Origin: Mobula birostris
Taxonomy: Eukaryota
Assembly: GCF_030028105.1 (NCBI RefSeq)
Contig: NC_092379.1
Location: 28,265,821-28,329,820, forward strand
Reading direction: 5' to 3'
DNA: 64,000 nucleotides
Shown here piece after piece: positions 22,766 through 34,989 of this stretch. Position 1 is the first letter of the stretch. Every line of letters starts with the position of its first letter. Below the pieces are notes generated by a model that saw only the letters and a list, made by a program, of their open reading frames with translations, was not told the DNA's origin and did no database searches. Position numbers and translations under genes: made by a program.

Positions 22766-22934
22766 CTCATAATTAGCTGACACGTACAAACTCACAAGTA
22801 CAATTGCTGTATCTACCCTGCGGCCCAGTCATTGGTTCTGACACCCCAATAGAAAAATGGAGATAACAGATCTGATAAGTTTAAAGCAAATGTATTATCG
22901 AATTGCGCACGTCTCACATTTGTCCTTGAGATTC

Positions 22935-23950
22935 TGATGTCTCATTTCCTTATTTTATTCATCTGTGCATTGCAATGCATAACAATTATGATGCATTGCA
23001 ATAAAAAGTGTATATATAATAAACAAAAAAAAACAGTGTAAAAAGTGAGGGGGGAGATACTAAGGGACTGTATTGGGCTCATGGTCAACAGGGAAATCTG
23101 ACGGCAGCGGGGAGATAACTCTTCCTGACAAGTTAAATGTGAGGACATATCCTCGCTGATGGTGGTTGGGGTGGAGTCTTCTGTGATTCATGCGGTCCTT
23201 TCGAAGTATCGCCTTTTGAAGGTATCCTGGATGCCTGGGAGTGTTGTGTCAATGATGAAGCTTGCAGTGTTTAAAATGTTCTGCCGTTTATTCCTGTGCA
23301 GCTGCCGCACCATCCCAGACACAGATGAAACCAGTTATAATGCTGCCCACTGTTTATCTCTGGAAATTACCGTGAGTATTTGATGGAAACTAGTTTTCAA
23401 GTTCCATGTGACATTCCGCCGCTGTAATGCCTTCTTTGTAATTGTGCCCAGTATAAATCCACAGTACTGTCAATAGTCACGCATTTGAAATTGCTCATCG
23501 TTTCACTTCTTTCCCCGATAACGTTTGGTTTGTCTTCCATCCGCTTCCATTCCTGAAGTTCAAAATGAATTTTGGTCTTACTAAGACTACAGTCAAGTAG
23601 CTGATCTCTATAGCTGCCATACGCCTCTTCGTCACCATCTGAAATTATGCAAACAATATTTTTTTGTCCTGAAATTTATCGATAGCGTTAGAGTTGAGCC
23701 AAGCCACAGTATCGTGCTTGTAGAAAGGGTCGATGATTGGGTATGGTTGAAGTGCGGCAATGTTGCTCGTCATCAAGGATGAGATGTATGTTATTTCCAA
23801 TGCGTACACCAGGTGGTCTCCCATTTAGGAGATCTAGTCCAGTTGTGCGGAGAGGTATTGACTCCCAGGTTTTGAGCGTGTTGATTAAAGCTGAGTTCTC
23901 CTGATGGCTGAGCAGAAAGGCATCCCAATCCTGCTTTTTTTTTTCAATAC
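22935..23950 (-). mobile_element. Degraded Rex1/Babar-group LINE 3' fragment
   Basis: Minus strand TVGSIITGFICVWDG... and a ...QEELSPRCRQISL end motif. Confidence 0.55.
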
Positions 23951-26199
23951 AAAATTAAATGTCAAAAGGAAGTCTTAAGTACCGATGAAAAGTTGACACA
24001 ACTGATTGTTATTATTCACCAGACATTTTGTCTTATTTTTACTTGTGACAGAATTGTGGTGACAATCATGAAACTATCAGGAAATATTTCTTCATTTTCC
24101 TAATTTAGAGACATTTGACAATTTTGCAGTTAAGGAATGTATCATTTGAATTTTACATGGTTGAAATTTCAGTACAGATATAGCTGTGTATCAGCAGAAC
24201 TCATATCTTGAATGTGTTGATACCTGCATTTTTGTACTAGATTTTCAGTAACTCTAGCCGTGGATATTCACATCTACCGTGAAGAAACATAAATACCTGC
24301 TGCAGCTCTTCTATTTCCGCCTTTGCATCATACTTGAATTCAGTAATATATTTACGCAAAGATAAGCAGAATGCTGTATAACAGCAGAGCTCGAGCTCGT
24401 TTACGGGCTCTTGTACATCTTCGTGTACAGATTCAATCTAGCAGACATCTGAGAAGAAGATAGAAAATATAATTTCTCCCATATTCCGTGGTTTACAAAA
24501 TAACATGACGCACTGGGAAAGCCTGTCCCATGGATTGCCCAGTAAGCAGTGTCTACAAACACTCGGTGGCACTGGAAGCAACTGCACAAAATAAACTCTG
24601 GGCATTCTTCATGTTTCAAAGACGACTACACAAATAATAAACGCAATCATCTTCTCAATAAATTCAGAGAAAAGCTAAATTCGCAGCCACCAATGGGAGA
24701 AGAAGAAATATTGTCTGCCAGAAGTTTTAGCTCGTGTCTGATCTCTCTTATGTTCTGGCTGATATCGACCAAAGATGATTACTGACTGACATTATCTCCA
24801 TTGTGGCATAGTTACTTCGTAACACTGCCTTTCATATTTCTAGCATCGTCTGACTCAACGTGTAAGCGCAGTTTGATGACAGTTTTCTCCAAGACGCCCT
24901 CCAGCTTCATCACCTTCTGTTACCGCCAAGCGTCACTTTACAAATAGGGTCGGCATACGAAGAATTTGATCCACTTTTTGCATACCTCGACTCGTTGCGA
25001 GCTGACCTTTCGAATCCTGCACCACGTTTGAGAGCCTTTTTTTTCGTGTGTCACGGTTTTGATACTAGTGGATGTCTCTTGTGGTTGGTTGCTTCAGACA
25101 GAGTTTGTTGTAAGTTTAATCCGACAGTCCCTTCCCATTGCATGATTACAGAATTACAGAGTCGGGGAACGTTACTGTGAAGGTTAATTTCTCCTCAGTA
25201 ACTTGTTTTTCACTGTGATTACCGAAACTAATCTAAAACACTACTTTGAAACCGGAAGCTAGTCTAGAATTGCACTGCAATGTTCGAACACACTCCGGCT
25301 ACCCTAAAACGACGCTTATTAAATTTAAAGTTGCAGTTTGTTCGAGCTGTTGATTGTGATTTATTATTTATTTTAATGTCACACTGGGGTCAGCAAAACG
25401 CTGTGGTACAGTTGCTTTGTAAAACAACCTTCCAAATAAAAAAAAGTACAATGTTTTCAATGTAACTTATCAAGGAGGTCGGGTTCATCCAGATATGTTC
25501 CGGAACAGACAACAACGACAGAAATTGTTGCGGATTCCAACAGAGAATGTAAATCTCAAAGCGACGGATCAGACCAATGGTACGACATAACAGCAAAATA
25601 TACATAACCATCCTTAGACTGACAATGTATCACAATATATTTTGCACTGAACAAGAAAATCACTCTCAAAATTCCACGACCTCGATAGAGGGCGAACTCA
25701 TCAAAATACATATTGCTGGCAACGCACTGTGAAAACAAACTGTTGCGAATGTCTGAAGGCTTAACTGAATGGTTTTTAAATATCGAGTGTTCAGCACAAA
25801 CGTAATGGCATTCTCTTATATATTGTATTTATGTTTTTGCTTTTTGGTCTTTTTTGGCTATGCTCACACCAAAATTTGATTACACGACTCCTGTGCTGTT
25901 TAACATTACGGAACATTCCGCCTCAAACATTACGTTACCACGGTGGTCAATACCAATAGATGAAATTTTGGAGGGCGCGACCGATGAATAGACCGAATAT
26001 TGGCGAAAGACATGTTCATATTATGATCAGACAAAACTTCCCATCAATATCAGAAAGAAACCACCGTAACGTGATCTCACACAGCAACCATAATGTCGCT
26101 GGGGATTTCAGTTAACGACTTGTAAACACAGTTCTGATATATTTTATAAACATAATGACTCTCACATCGATTTTTACTATACCTCTTTCCGCACATTCA

Positions 26200-26640
26200 C
26201 TGTTAAAAATTGTTACCCTTTCTCATTGTTTTGCAGTCTCCTCCGTGTTCCATTCTCAGTCTGATGCTTTCACTGAAAGCGAAAGAGCATCTGAGATGTC
26301 ATCATTCTGTAAAGTACAGGGGTTCCCTTTCTCAGAAATTGACTCTTCCCTCGCACTCCTCTACTCCATTTTGCATCGACTCATCGCCCTGAGAGGGATA
26401 AATTTTCCATTATACTTACGAGACAAAGCCAACACATCACTCCACGGAACTTCTGCTAACGTCCACAAATATATTTATAAGCACAAGTTTCTCTCAACCT
26501 TTGCATTTTTTTTGCTTTCTACAGGGATCACCCTCTCTGTGACTCAATCGTCATGCGCATCTGCATTCGGGTCTCCATGCAGTCACTTATCTCTACCAAT
26601 GGAATATATGATGAAATTGCCCATTCACCTCCTCGCTTAC
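26200..26640 (+). mobile_element. Highly degraded Penelope-like fragment
   Basis: SQSDAFTESERASEMSSFCKVQGFPFSEIDSSL resembles the DEAFHSRTREMSSFFNERGFPSS motif at about 4660-4750. Confidence 0.45.
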
Positions 26641-26970
26641 CACAAATCATGGTCATGGAACAGTCTTTCCAGATGATTCAGTAGTTTATCTCCATGTCTC
26701 CATGTCCATCTTTTTTTTTTCTGACCCTCCAGGCGCGGCCTAGTCTGATGCACTGAAATCCAGCTGGGTTGATAAGCTTCGTCGTGCATCTTCGCTCTGT
26801 TCCCTAAAACAAGTTCAAAGTTCAAAGAAAATTTACGAGTAACGTATAAACCTGTCACCATAATATACCGTCAGATCATTTTCTTGTGCCCATACTGTGG
26901 AAATCCATCAACTGAAATAATGTCACTGAAATATGGCACCCATAGTGAAGATAATTAATAGTAATAATGG

Positions 26971-27214
26971 GAAGAAGAAGAAGAAGAAGAATAAGTGAAG
27001 AAGAAGTAGTGAAGAAGAAGAAGTGAAGAAGTGAAGAAGAAGAAGAACAAGAACAAGAAGAAGAAGAAGTGAAGAATAAGAAGAAGAAGAAGATGATGAA
27101 GGAGAAGCAGCAGAAGGAGAACAGGAAGAGGAAGTAGTAGGATAAGAACGAGAACAAGAAGAAGAAGAAGAAGAAGAAGAAGAGGAAGCTGATGTTGAAG
27201 GAGAAAGAGGAGGA
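26971..27214. repeat. Imperfect (GAA)n polypurine tract
   Basis: About 245 nt of gaagaagaa with GTGAA/GAACAA interruptions. Confidence 0.95.
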
Positions 27215-27329
27215 ATACGTATCGAGAACATAAAATGAAAAAATCCTTGAAAGTGATTGATAGCTTGGAGGAACAGTAAAGTGATGGCCAAGTTATAACT
27301 CTCTGACTTAGCAGACTGATGTTTGAGAG

Positions 27330-28110
27330 GCAAGACATTTTCCTTATACTGGAAACGTAAGTCCTGAGCCACATTTACTTTCTGCTAGATGGCGAATCGA
27401 ATAGGGTGCATCACCTTGGTGGTGGGGGTCTCTGATGATGGATGCTGCTGTCCTGCGACAACGATATGTGTAGCTATGCTCAATGATGTCGAATGCTTTA
27501 CTGAAGATGGACTGAGGTCTTTGAAGTACCGTTTGTAAGACGTTCCGTTGAAACGTATTTGTTGTTTCCATATAATTCTTTGATGAAGCCTGTCAACATT
27601 ATCTTAAGCAGAAGTTTGTTCATGTCAGATCCTATCTCCTCAAACTGAAGGAAGTAGAGGCACTGCTTCCGAGGGGCAAGAAATTTAAAGTTGCTGATAC
27701 TCTCTACGTCTGACTCCCCTGATATGTTCTGGTACACGTACCTCTGTTTTCCTCCACCCGAAATCAATATTCAGCTCCTTGATCTTATTCGCAATGAATA
27801 ACATAGTATTGTCGTGACGCTATTCAGATTTCAGTCTCCCTCCGCTCTACATATTCGTTAAACTCTTGATTCGACAAAAGATATCGTCAGCAAATGCAAA
27901 TATAGCAGTTGAAATAACGTTAGTCACATAGTCAGAAGTGTAAAGTGAGTACAGTAGGGGAGCAAAGCACACAGACATGTGGTGGTAACTGTGCTGATGG
28001 AGATTGTGGGTGAGGTATTGCTGCTAATCCGAACTGACTGGGTCTGCATGTGTGGAAATCGAGAAACCAATTACACAAGGAAGAACTGAGGCCTTGAAAC
28101 GTTTTGATTA
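27330..28110 (-). mobile_element. Degraded Rex1/Babar-group LINE fragment
   Basis: Minus strand SSSLCNWFLDF, VESISNFKFL, KQCLYFL, AASIIRDPHH. Confidence 0.65.
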
Positions 28111-28249
28111 GTTCTGAGTAGATAATAATATTGAATTTCGGCATATGCTTAAAGGAATTATATTAATGACTTTTAACTTAACTAATTGGTTAGCAAAGAA
28201 AATTCAACAAGAAAGGACACACTTTAGTTAAACATTCAAATGTTCACAG

Positions 28250-29300
28250 GTCGGAACTCAGCGTTTCTCCATATTCAGCAATCCTCAATCGATCATCGCT
28301 CCTGACATCATCGAATCACGGTCCCCCACCGGATGGAATCATACCACCTGTTCTCTCCAGAGTCTTATCTCTTCATCTCCCGCCGAACCAAAGCTCCAGG
28401 TCCAATGTTAGTGTTCCTCTCTAGATAAACCTCCTCTCAGTTCTATCATCCTAACTGGATGCAACAGATTCCTTTTCCTCCTTTGTCATCACCAATAACT
28501 CAAACATACTGAAACCAGAAGAGATTGCTCTTACCACGGCATCATACTATCACACCGTCCAAAAAAAAGTCACGTCTTCATAACTTCGAAATAATTTGTC
28601 ATGCCATCATTAATAACAGAGTTTCCAAAGGAATTTTGAAAGTGGTCAAAATCTCCAACCCATTTGTAAATGTACTGACTTACCTCTCGGGTAGAATAGT
28701 TGTAACAGTCTGCCTGGGGCTACAAAGGGCAGACTATATAGGGGTCTTCTGACAGTTTGAGACGTCCTTATTCCATCATCTACTTCTTCAGTTTCAGAAA
28801 ATCTCTGGGGGGTACTACGAGTCTACCTGGCGAGGCTTCCCCCGATCAATTACTTGCGCCTTCTGGCAAATCCGACCGCTCAGCCACTTGCTTGAGCTCA
28901 GCTTCAGTTCAGTTACGTCAGAGCCCAGCTGGACTGCATGGTGCAGCTGCAGACCTGACTGACAACTTTTGATGCACACGATTTCAACTGTCTCGGCGTG
29001 TGAAGAGTTGGAACTCTCTTCCTCATTTATTGGGGAGTTATCAGAAGGCAGCATGTACTACACCGTCACCTCCTCATCATTCGAGTCCGCATCGCATTTT
29101 GAAGGGTGTGGAGAGGGCGGTGTAATCGTTTTGCTGTTGGGTCTTCAGTCTCCCGACGTCGCCACAGAGCCCACCTACTAGCTGAAAGGTCCAAATCAGA
29201 CTTTGGGTCAACACGGATCTCTTGTCTTACCTCTTCACATTTCACATCACATCTCACTCGAAAAGGCTCCGAAGTGCTAAAATAATATTTGCCACTTTTC
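28250..29300 (-). mobile_element. Probable Gypsy 3' end remnant
   Basis: Minus strand DADSNDEE and SQTVRRPLYSL..VAPG resemble Gypsy integrase-tail motifs. Confidence 0.4.
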
Positions 29301-30994
29301 TTTTTGTCATACTAACTTTTGTGACCGAGGGAGGGTGACCGCACAGAGGCTGATTTGTAGGGTGAGTCACTGTACTATAGTTCTTCACCAACATCCGATA
29401 GTACCGCAGAGTCCAATAAACGAAGTCTGGGCGCTCACAGTCTGGGCCCCTGGCTAGATTGTTGCAACCTCTATCTTAGATCGGTCCATAGCTACTCCAT
29501 GCGAGGGAGTAAGTGTCCCACTGAGTTGGAAGACTTAACACGTAAACGTTGAGAACTGCCAATTCAAATGAAAAATTCATTAGTATGAAATTGTTGTTAT
29601 CAACATTCTGCAGCTAGGTGGGAAAAGATGAGTTTTATTCATGCTGCCCAGTGTAATATGCCGTTCTTTGCTGTGATGCAGTACAGGAAGATAGGAACAA
29701 ACGCAGCCAAATAAGCACTATATCAGCAGAATGCTTTGTGCTTAGAAGCCTCCATATCCCTGACTTTAACGGGGGCTGAGAGAACTGGATTGATGGCATA
29801 GCTTGATATGCTAATACTGCACTTAGAGGAATCACAGAATACGTTGCTCAGCAATTAGTCCTTGTTTACCATGTGAGTTTCTCAGTTATACTCACAGAGT
29901 AGTCAAACAAAACTATCGAAATAATTTTGGTTCACTGTTGGCAGACGGGAGTATTCGTGTGAAGAAGATGCAAACTGCAGACCTGAGCTGGTCAGTTACT
30001 GAGAGCTAGTTGAGAAGGTCTGAAGTGATCATATTCACTTTCAACGACTGTCAGACTTCTAGATACTTACTAGGAATGAAATTGAGCTTCAGTTTTCTGC
30101 TTATTTCATGACATTATTTGAAATGTAGCCCCTCCATAATATGGGGGAATTATTCACTCAAACGAATGTTTGTCAGTGCACAGACAATGAGGCTGAAATA
30201 CCAATTATTATGTCAAGGAACCTGAGAACAGAAAACAACTGGAAATCACCGAAACTAACTACTTGTCTCTTAAAGATTACAGAGCTTCCTGTTACGTTCC
30301 GCTCAATCTATCTAACTTCATAAGTACTGATTTATATGTATCAATTTACACAACATAAGTACACAATATAAATGCCAGAACCTGATTACTATGTAATGTT
30401 TTCAAGGTCCATACTGTGCACAAGGGTTGCTGCAGACCCTGAGCGTTTCAAGCAAATGTTTGCTGGTGTTGAAGGAAAACTTGAACTATCTTCAATGAAC
30501 TGGTTGCTTGTTAATTCCACATTAAAAAAAAAAAAATCTCGATAATGATCAACCGCAACTGAAGAAACTGCACCGAAAAGCCACCAGTAACTGAAATGTA
30601 TTTTATTTCTTCCTTCGGGATCATTTTGCGACAGGTTTTCTATTTCAAATTTCCTTTTAGATTAAAAATTCTTTATTTTTGTACGTCTTGAATGTTGAGC
30701 ATCGATTTCATAATATGAACAGAGAGATGCAATGAGAACATTGTCTTCTGAAGTATCCATATTAAAAATATCAGTAAAGGACCTCAAAATACCAGATGCA
30801 CGATATTATTCCGTAGGAGTGTGCTGCCTCAGAGGGTACAAGTCTTTGAAATGTACAGCTCGCCTGACTGGAAGTGAGAGTAACTGTCGATGTAAGAAAC
30901 GCCTTGGTATGTTTCTGCATCGTCTCACCATCCAGGGGTAGTTTAGTCATTTTTGCAGTGACATTATTAGACGCAGTATCTGCTGAATTGTTTT

Positions 30995-31815
30995 GATAGG
31001 ATGCAGAAGTGGGCTGAGAAGTGGCAGATGGAGTTCAACCCGGGGAAGTGTGAGGTGGTACACTTTGGAAGGACAAACTCCAGGGAAGAGTAGCAAGTAA
31101 ATGGCAGAATACTTGGTAGAGTGGAGGAGCAGAGGGGCGTAGGGGTACAAGTTCATATATCCCTGAAAGTTGCCTCACAGGTAGATAGGGTAGTTAAGTA
31201 ATCTTATGGGGTGTTAGTTTTCATAAGTCAAGGGATAGAGTTTAAGAGTCGCATTAGAGTCGCATTAATGCAGATCTATAAATCTCTGGTTAGGCCACAC
31301 TTGGAGTACTGTGTCCAGTCTGTTCGCCTCACTATAGGAAGGATGTGGAAGTATTGGAAAGGGTACGGAGGAGATTACCAGAATGCTGCGTGGTTAGAGA
31401 GTGTTCATTATGATCAGAGATTAATGAAGCTAGGGCATTATTCTTTGTTGAAAAGGAGGATGAGAGGAGACAGGATCGAGGCATACAGATATTAAGAGGA
31501 TTAAATAGAGTGGACAGACAGCGCCTCTTCCCCGGGGCACCACTGTAGAGAATAAGAAGATATGCCTTTAAGGTAAGGGGTGGAAAGTTCAAGGGTATAG
31601 TAGAGGAAGGTTTTTTACTCAGAGAGTGATTGGTGCGTGGAATGCACTGTCTGAGTCAGTTGTGGAGGGCAGATACACTAGTGAAATTTAAGAAGCTGCG
31701 GATCTGGTACATGGAGAAATCTAAGGTGGGAGGTAGGGTTTAAGGGTGGCCACAACATTGTGGGCCGACGGGCCTGTAGTGTGCTGTACTATTCTATGGT
31801 CATTTTTCTATGTTC
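30995..31815 (+). mobile_element. CR1 LINE 3' fragment
   Basis: QKWAEKWQMEFNPGKCEVVHFGR, YKSLVRPHLEYCVQ, then a typical 3' UTR. Confidence 0.88.
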
Positions 31816-31899
31816 CAAACATGACCTCGGAGCTCTTGAACTCCATCCTGTGATTTCCGAATCTCAACGAAACAGTAGCTCCGTCAACAATTTTTTGGA

Positions 31900-33170
31900 G
31901 CTGCTAAATATCGTCTTATATACTCTATACTGAGCCGGCAGAGAACCAGCTGAGAGCTGAGAGGTCCTCTGTAGGGTAGATAAATCACTGTATTGATCAC
32001 AAATTCTGGTTTGCTGAAAAATCGGTGCTTCGTTGTCGACTGAAGAAGTAGGAATTACCTTGCAGCGATGCAGAAAAGCTCTCTGCAACAATATCGAAAA
32101 GCCAATCGTCGGAGCCGGCTGACTTCAGTCATTTCTCCCTTCCAAATGGTGTGTCTCTTCAACAAAGACTTTCAGCGACGTGTCGATGACAGACGCTGAC
32201 ACCCTCTTCCTGGAAGGCAGCTGCGGTAAAGTCCTGAACTTAACCCAGTATATTGAGGATGACTTTGAAATGGGACAAGTTACAGGAGCAGTATTCGTTG
32301 ACTTAACAGCAGCATACGACATTGTGCATTACAGAGGCCTTCTACTGAAATTGTCTGAAATGTTAAAGAACGAAACCAAAGTCAAAGTAATAAGTACTCT
32401 CCTAGAAAATCGTAGATTTTATGTAGAAATGAATGGAATTGAGAGTAGGTGGCGTCAACAAAAGGACGGACTACCACAGGGCTCAGTCCTGGCACCTCCA
32501 CTATTTACTGTCTGCACAAATGATCAGCCAACCTTTCCTAACACACGCAGGTTTATCTATGCAGACGACTTTTGCATAGCAACACAACCTAACTCCTTCC
32601 AAGAAGTTGATGTACGACTTACAGCAGCCCTCGAAGCAATGAAGCAGTATTATGAAAAAATGTCTCTGAACACAAATCCATCAAAAAACTCAAGTGTATG
32701 CATTCCACCTGAGGAATCGAGAAGCAGCTCGGAAATTCAAGATCTTCTGGTGTGGGAAGGAGTTCGATGACCATCCGACTCAAATTTACCTGGGCATGAC
32801 ACTGAATAGGACGCTCTCATTTGCCACCCATATCCTAAACCACCGAGGGAAAGTTGCCACTCGCAACTCCCTCTTGAAAAATTAGCATGCACGAAATGGG
32901 GAGCTAATGCTCACACACTTTGATCAACTGCCCTAGCGCTCTGCTGTGCACCTGCAGAATACTGTGCACCTGTGTTGGGCAGATCAGCCCATGCGTAGAA
33001 AATAGTCCACTTGCTTGATGAATACTGCCGAATAATCACGGGCATACGGTGCCCCACGCCCACTAACATTATTTACAGTCTTGCAGGCATTACTCCCTCA
33101 GAGATCCGAAGACACATTACAACAACAACTGAAATAGGTAAACAGAACTCCGATCTACAGCACCCACTAC
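31900..33170 (+). mobile_element. I-group (Ingi/Vingi-like) LINE RT fragment
   Basis: VLNLTQYIEDDFE...AVFVDLTAAYDIV...GLPQGSVLAPPLF...FIYADD; AFHLRNREA; YCRIITGIRCPTP. Confidence 0.75.
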
Positions 33171-33179
33171 AGCTTCCGG

Positions 33180-34853
33180 AACCTGTTCATACGCTTTCAG
33201 TATATACTGCTTCACAATATCATAAACAAGTGCTTGCTCAGGAGTTAAAGCTGTGTAAACTTGTTGTGCTTAACCTTGAACTACACTTTGTACCATCACT
33301 GGCCATTTATCTTCCGGCCACTCTGAAATCAGAGCAACACCTTTAAAATGCTCGAAATATTCATCCACTTCTGCTTAATTAAATGTAGGAGCCAATATAA
33401 CTTCCCGACTAGCAACAAACGGTTTCCTAGAACCAGATGACTGATTCTTGGACTTTAATTTCTCCATCGCTAGCTCAAACACCCTCTGTTTATCTGCTTC
33501 TCTAGCTGCAAATTTACTTTTCTTATTCGCTTCTCTTTCGGCAACCTCGGATTTAAATAATTAAAACATTATCTGTTCGATATGTAATTGTTTCTCTAGA
33601 TTACTTATTGGAAACATATCTAACATTCCTTTCTGAAAATCACCCGAATTTGAATGATTTTCCGCCATTTTCCTCTGAACTATTGTCTTTGTTGTAACTT
33701 TCGAAATTGCTTTAAGGTCCAACTTTCTGGCAATCTCGGATACATCACCCTTTCTCGCCTTCGCTAATACCTCCCGGTCTGGTGATGCCACTAAGTCGTC
33801 AACATTCATTGCTGCCGAATACCACCCATAGTTCAATCAAAAAAAAGAATCGGGTTTTTCCCTTGTCCAAATCAAATTGATAATTAAACAATCACATAAG
33901 CTCAAGATCGGAACATAACCCGGACGACCCCCCAGGTTGCCTTAAGTGGTCGGCAACAATGAATATAGAACTGAGTCAGGTTTTATAAACAGACATAAAC
34001 GTTTATCAAACACTGCTCAACAATTTAAAAAGTAAAGAAAAAACTTAACAGGAATTTATCCGCTATACAGAAATTTAACAACAGCCAAGCTCTGGGATGG
34101 TTTTTGAAGAGATAAATTCGAACACAGTCTTAAAGTGTTAAATTCGAAAGTCCAAGTGATTTATACAGTCAGTAGGGAGAGACTTCCCGGAAAACTGATT
34201 TCTTCAAAGACGTAACGTTGCTGCTGATCTCAGCCGAGTGATGCCTTGTCCAAAGGATTCACTACGAAGGAAATAAAACGGCTTAAAGGAATTGATCTTT
34301 TTTTTTTATCTCATTGAGGTTGAACACTGCACAAACCTTCCTGATCTTGCAGGGGTTTTCTCAGATGCAGGCCACTATTCCTGAACTAAGATTCAATTAC
34401 ATCGATGCTTCATAAAACCGCCGAAGGACACCAAGTTTACTCAACCCTTCGGGCTCCCGTAATTTGGTAAAGGCTTCACTCTCCAGTACCAGACTGTAAA
34501 GGCAAAGCAAAGGAGCAACAAACAGGAACTGCCAGCTGACGGCAAAACATTTTTTCCTTAAAATAGAAATTAAAACTCCACTTTAAAACGAAACTTCGTC
34601 ATGTGACCAATACGCAGCAAATAAATGAACGAACTAACGAAACTGCGTGAGAATAGGAATTTCTCCTTTATACACCTGTTGGAACATGTCATCATGTGAC
34701 CTCAGATCGGCGGGAAAATTACATCGTGTGACCTCACACTGCCGGGAAAATTAAACCACCGCACAATCTCAAGAGAATTACAGCATGCTCACAAGATACT
34801 CAATTACAGCATGGTCATAAGACAGTCACAAGATACCCACGAGGTACGTAATA
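33180..34853 (-). mobile_element. Gypsy element 5' end: LTR (about 33935-34853), tRNA-Pro PBS (33918-33933), gag N-terminus
   Basis: Minus strand TGGGGGTCGTCCGGGT is close to the tRNA-Pro PBS TGGGGGCTCGTCCGGGAT; gag MNVDDLVASPDREVL... and YFEHFKGVA..EWP..KW..MVQSV...VKQYILKAYE. Confidence 0.75.
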
Positions 34854-34989
34854 AATTTCATATCAAAAACGCTGGATAACGAGTTATCAATCAGAAACAC
34901 GAGAATAATTGCAGTTGCTGGCTATCAACACAGAAATCTGGAGGAACTTCTATGAAAAATGAAAAGAGTCGGAGTTTGGGCCTGGATAC

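Noticed and set aside
24400-25050. Possible DNA transposase remnant on the minus strand (LLADNISSSP)
   Set aside because: One weak motif, no terminal repeats or catalytic pattern; left unassigned
25211-25280. CACTGTG followed by a J-like YFETGS
   Set aside because: No nonamer at 12 or 23 bp, an in-frame stop, no FGxG and no splice donor
26876-27374. Poly-Ser/Leu/Phe ORFs
   Set aside because: Translations of the GAA/TTC tract
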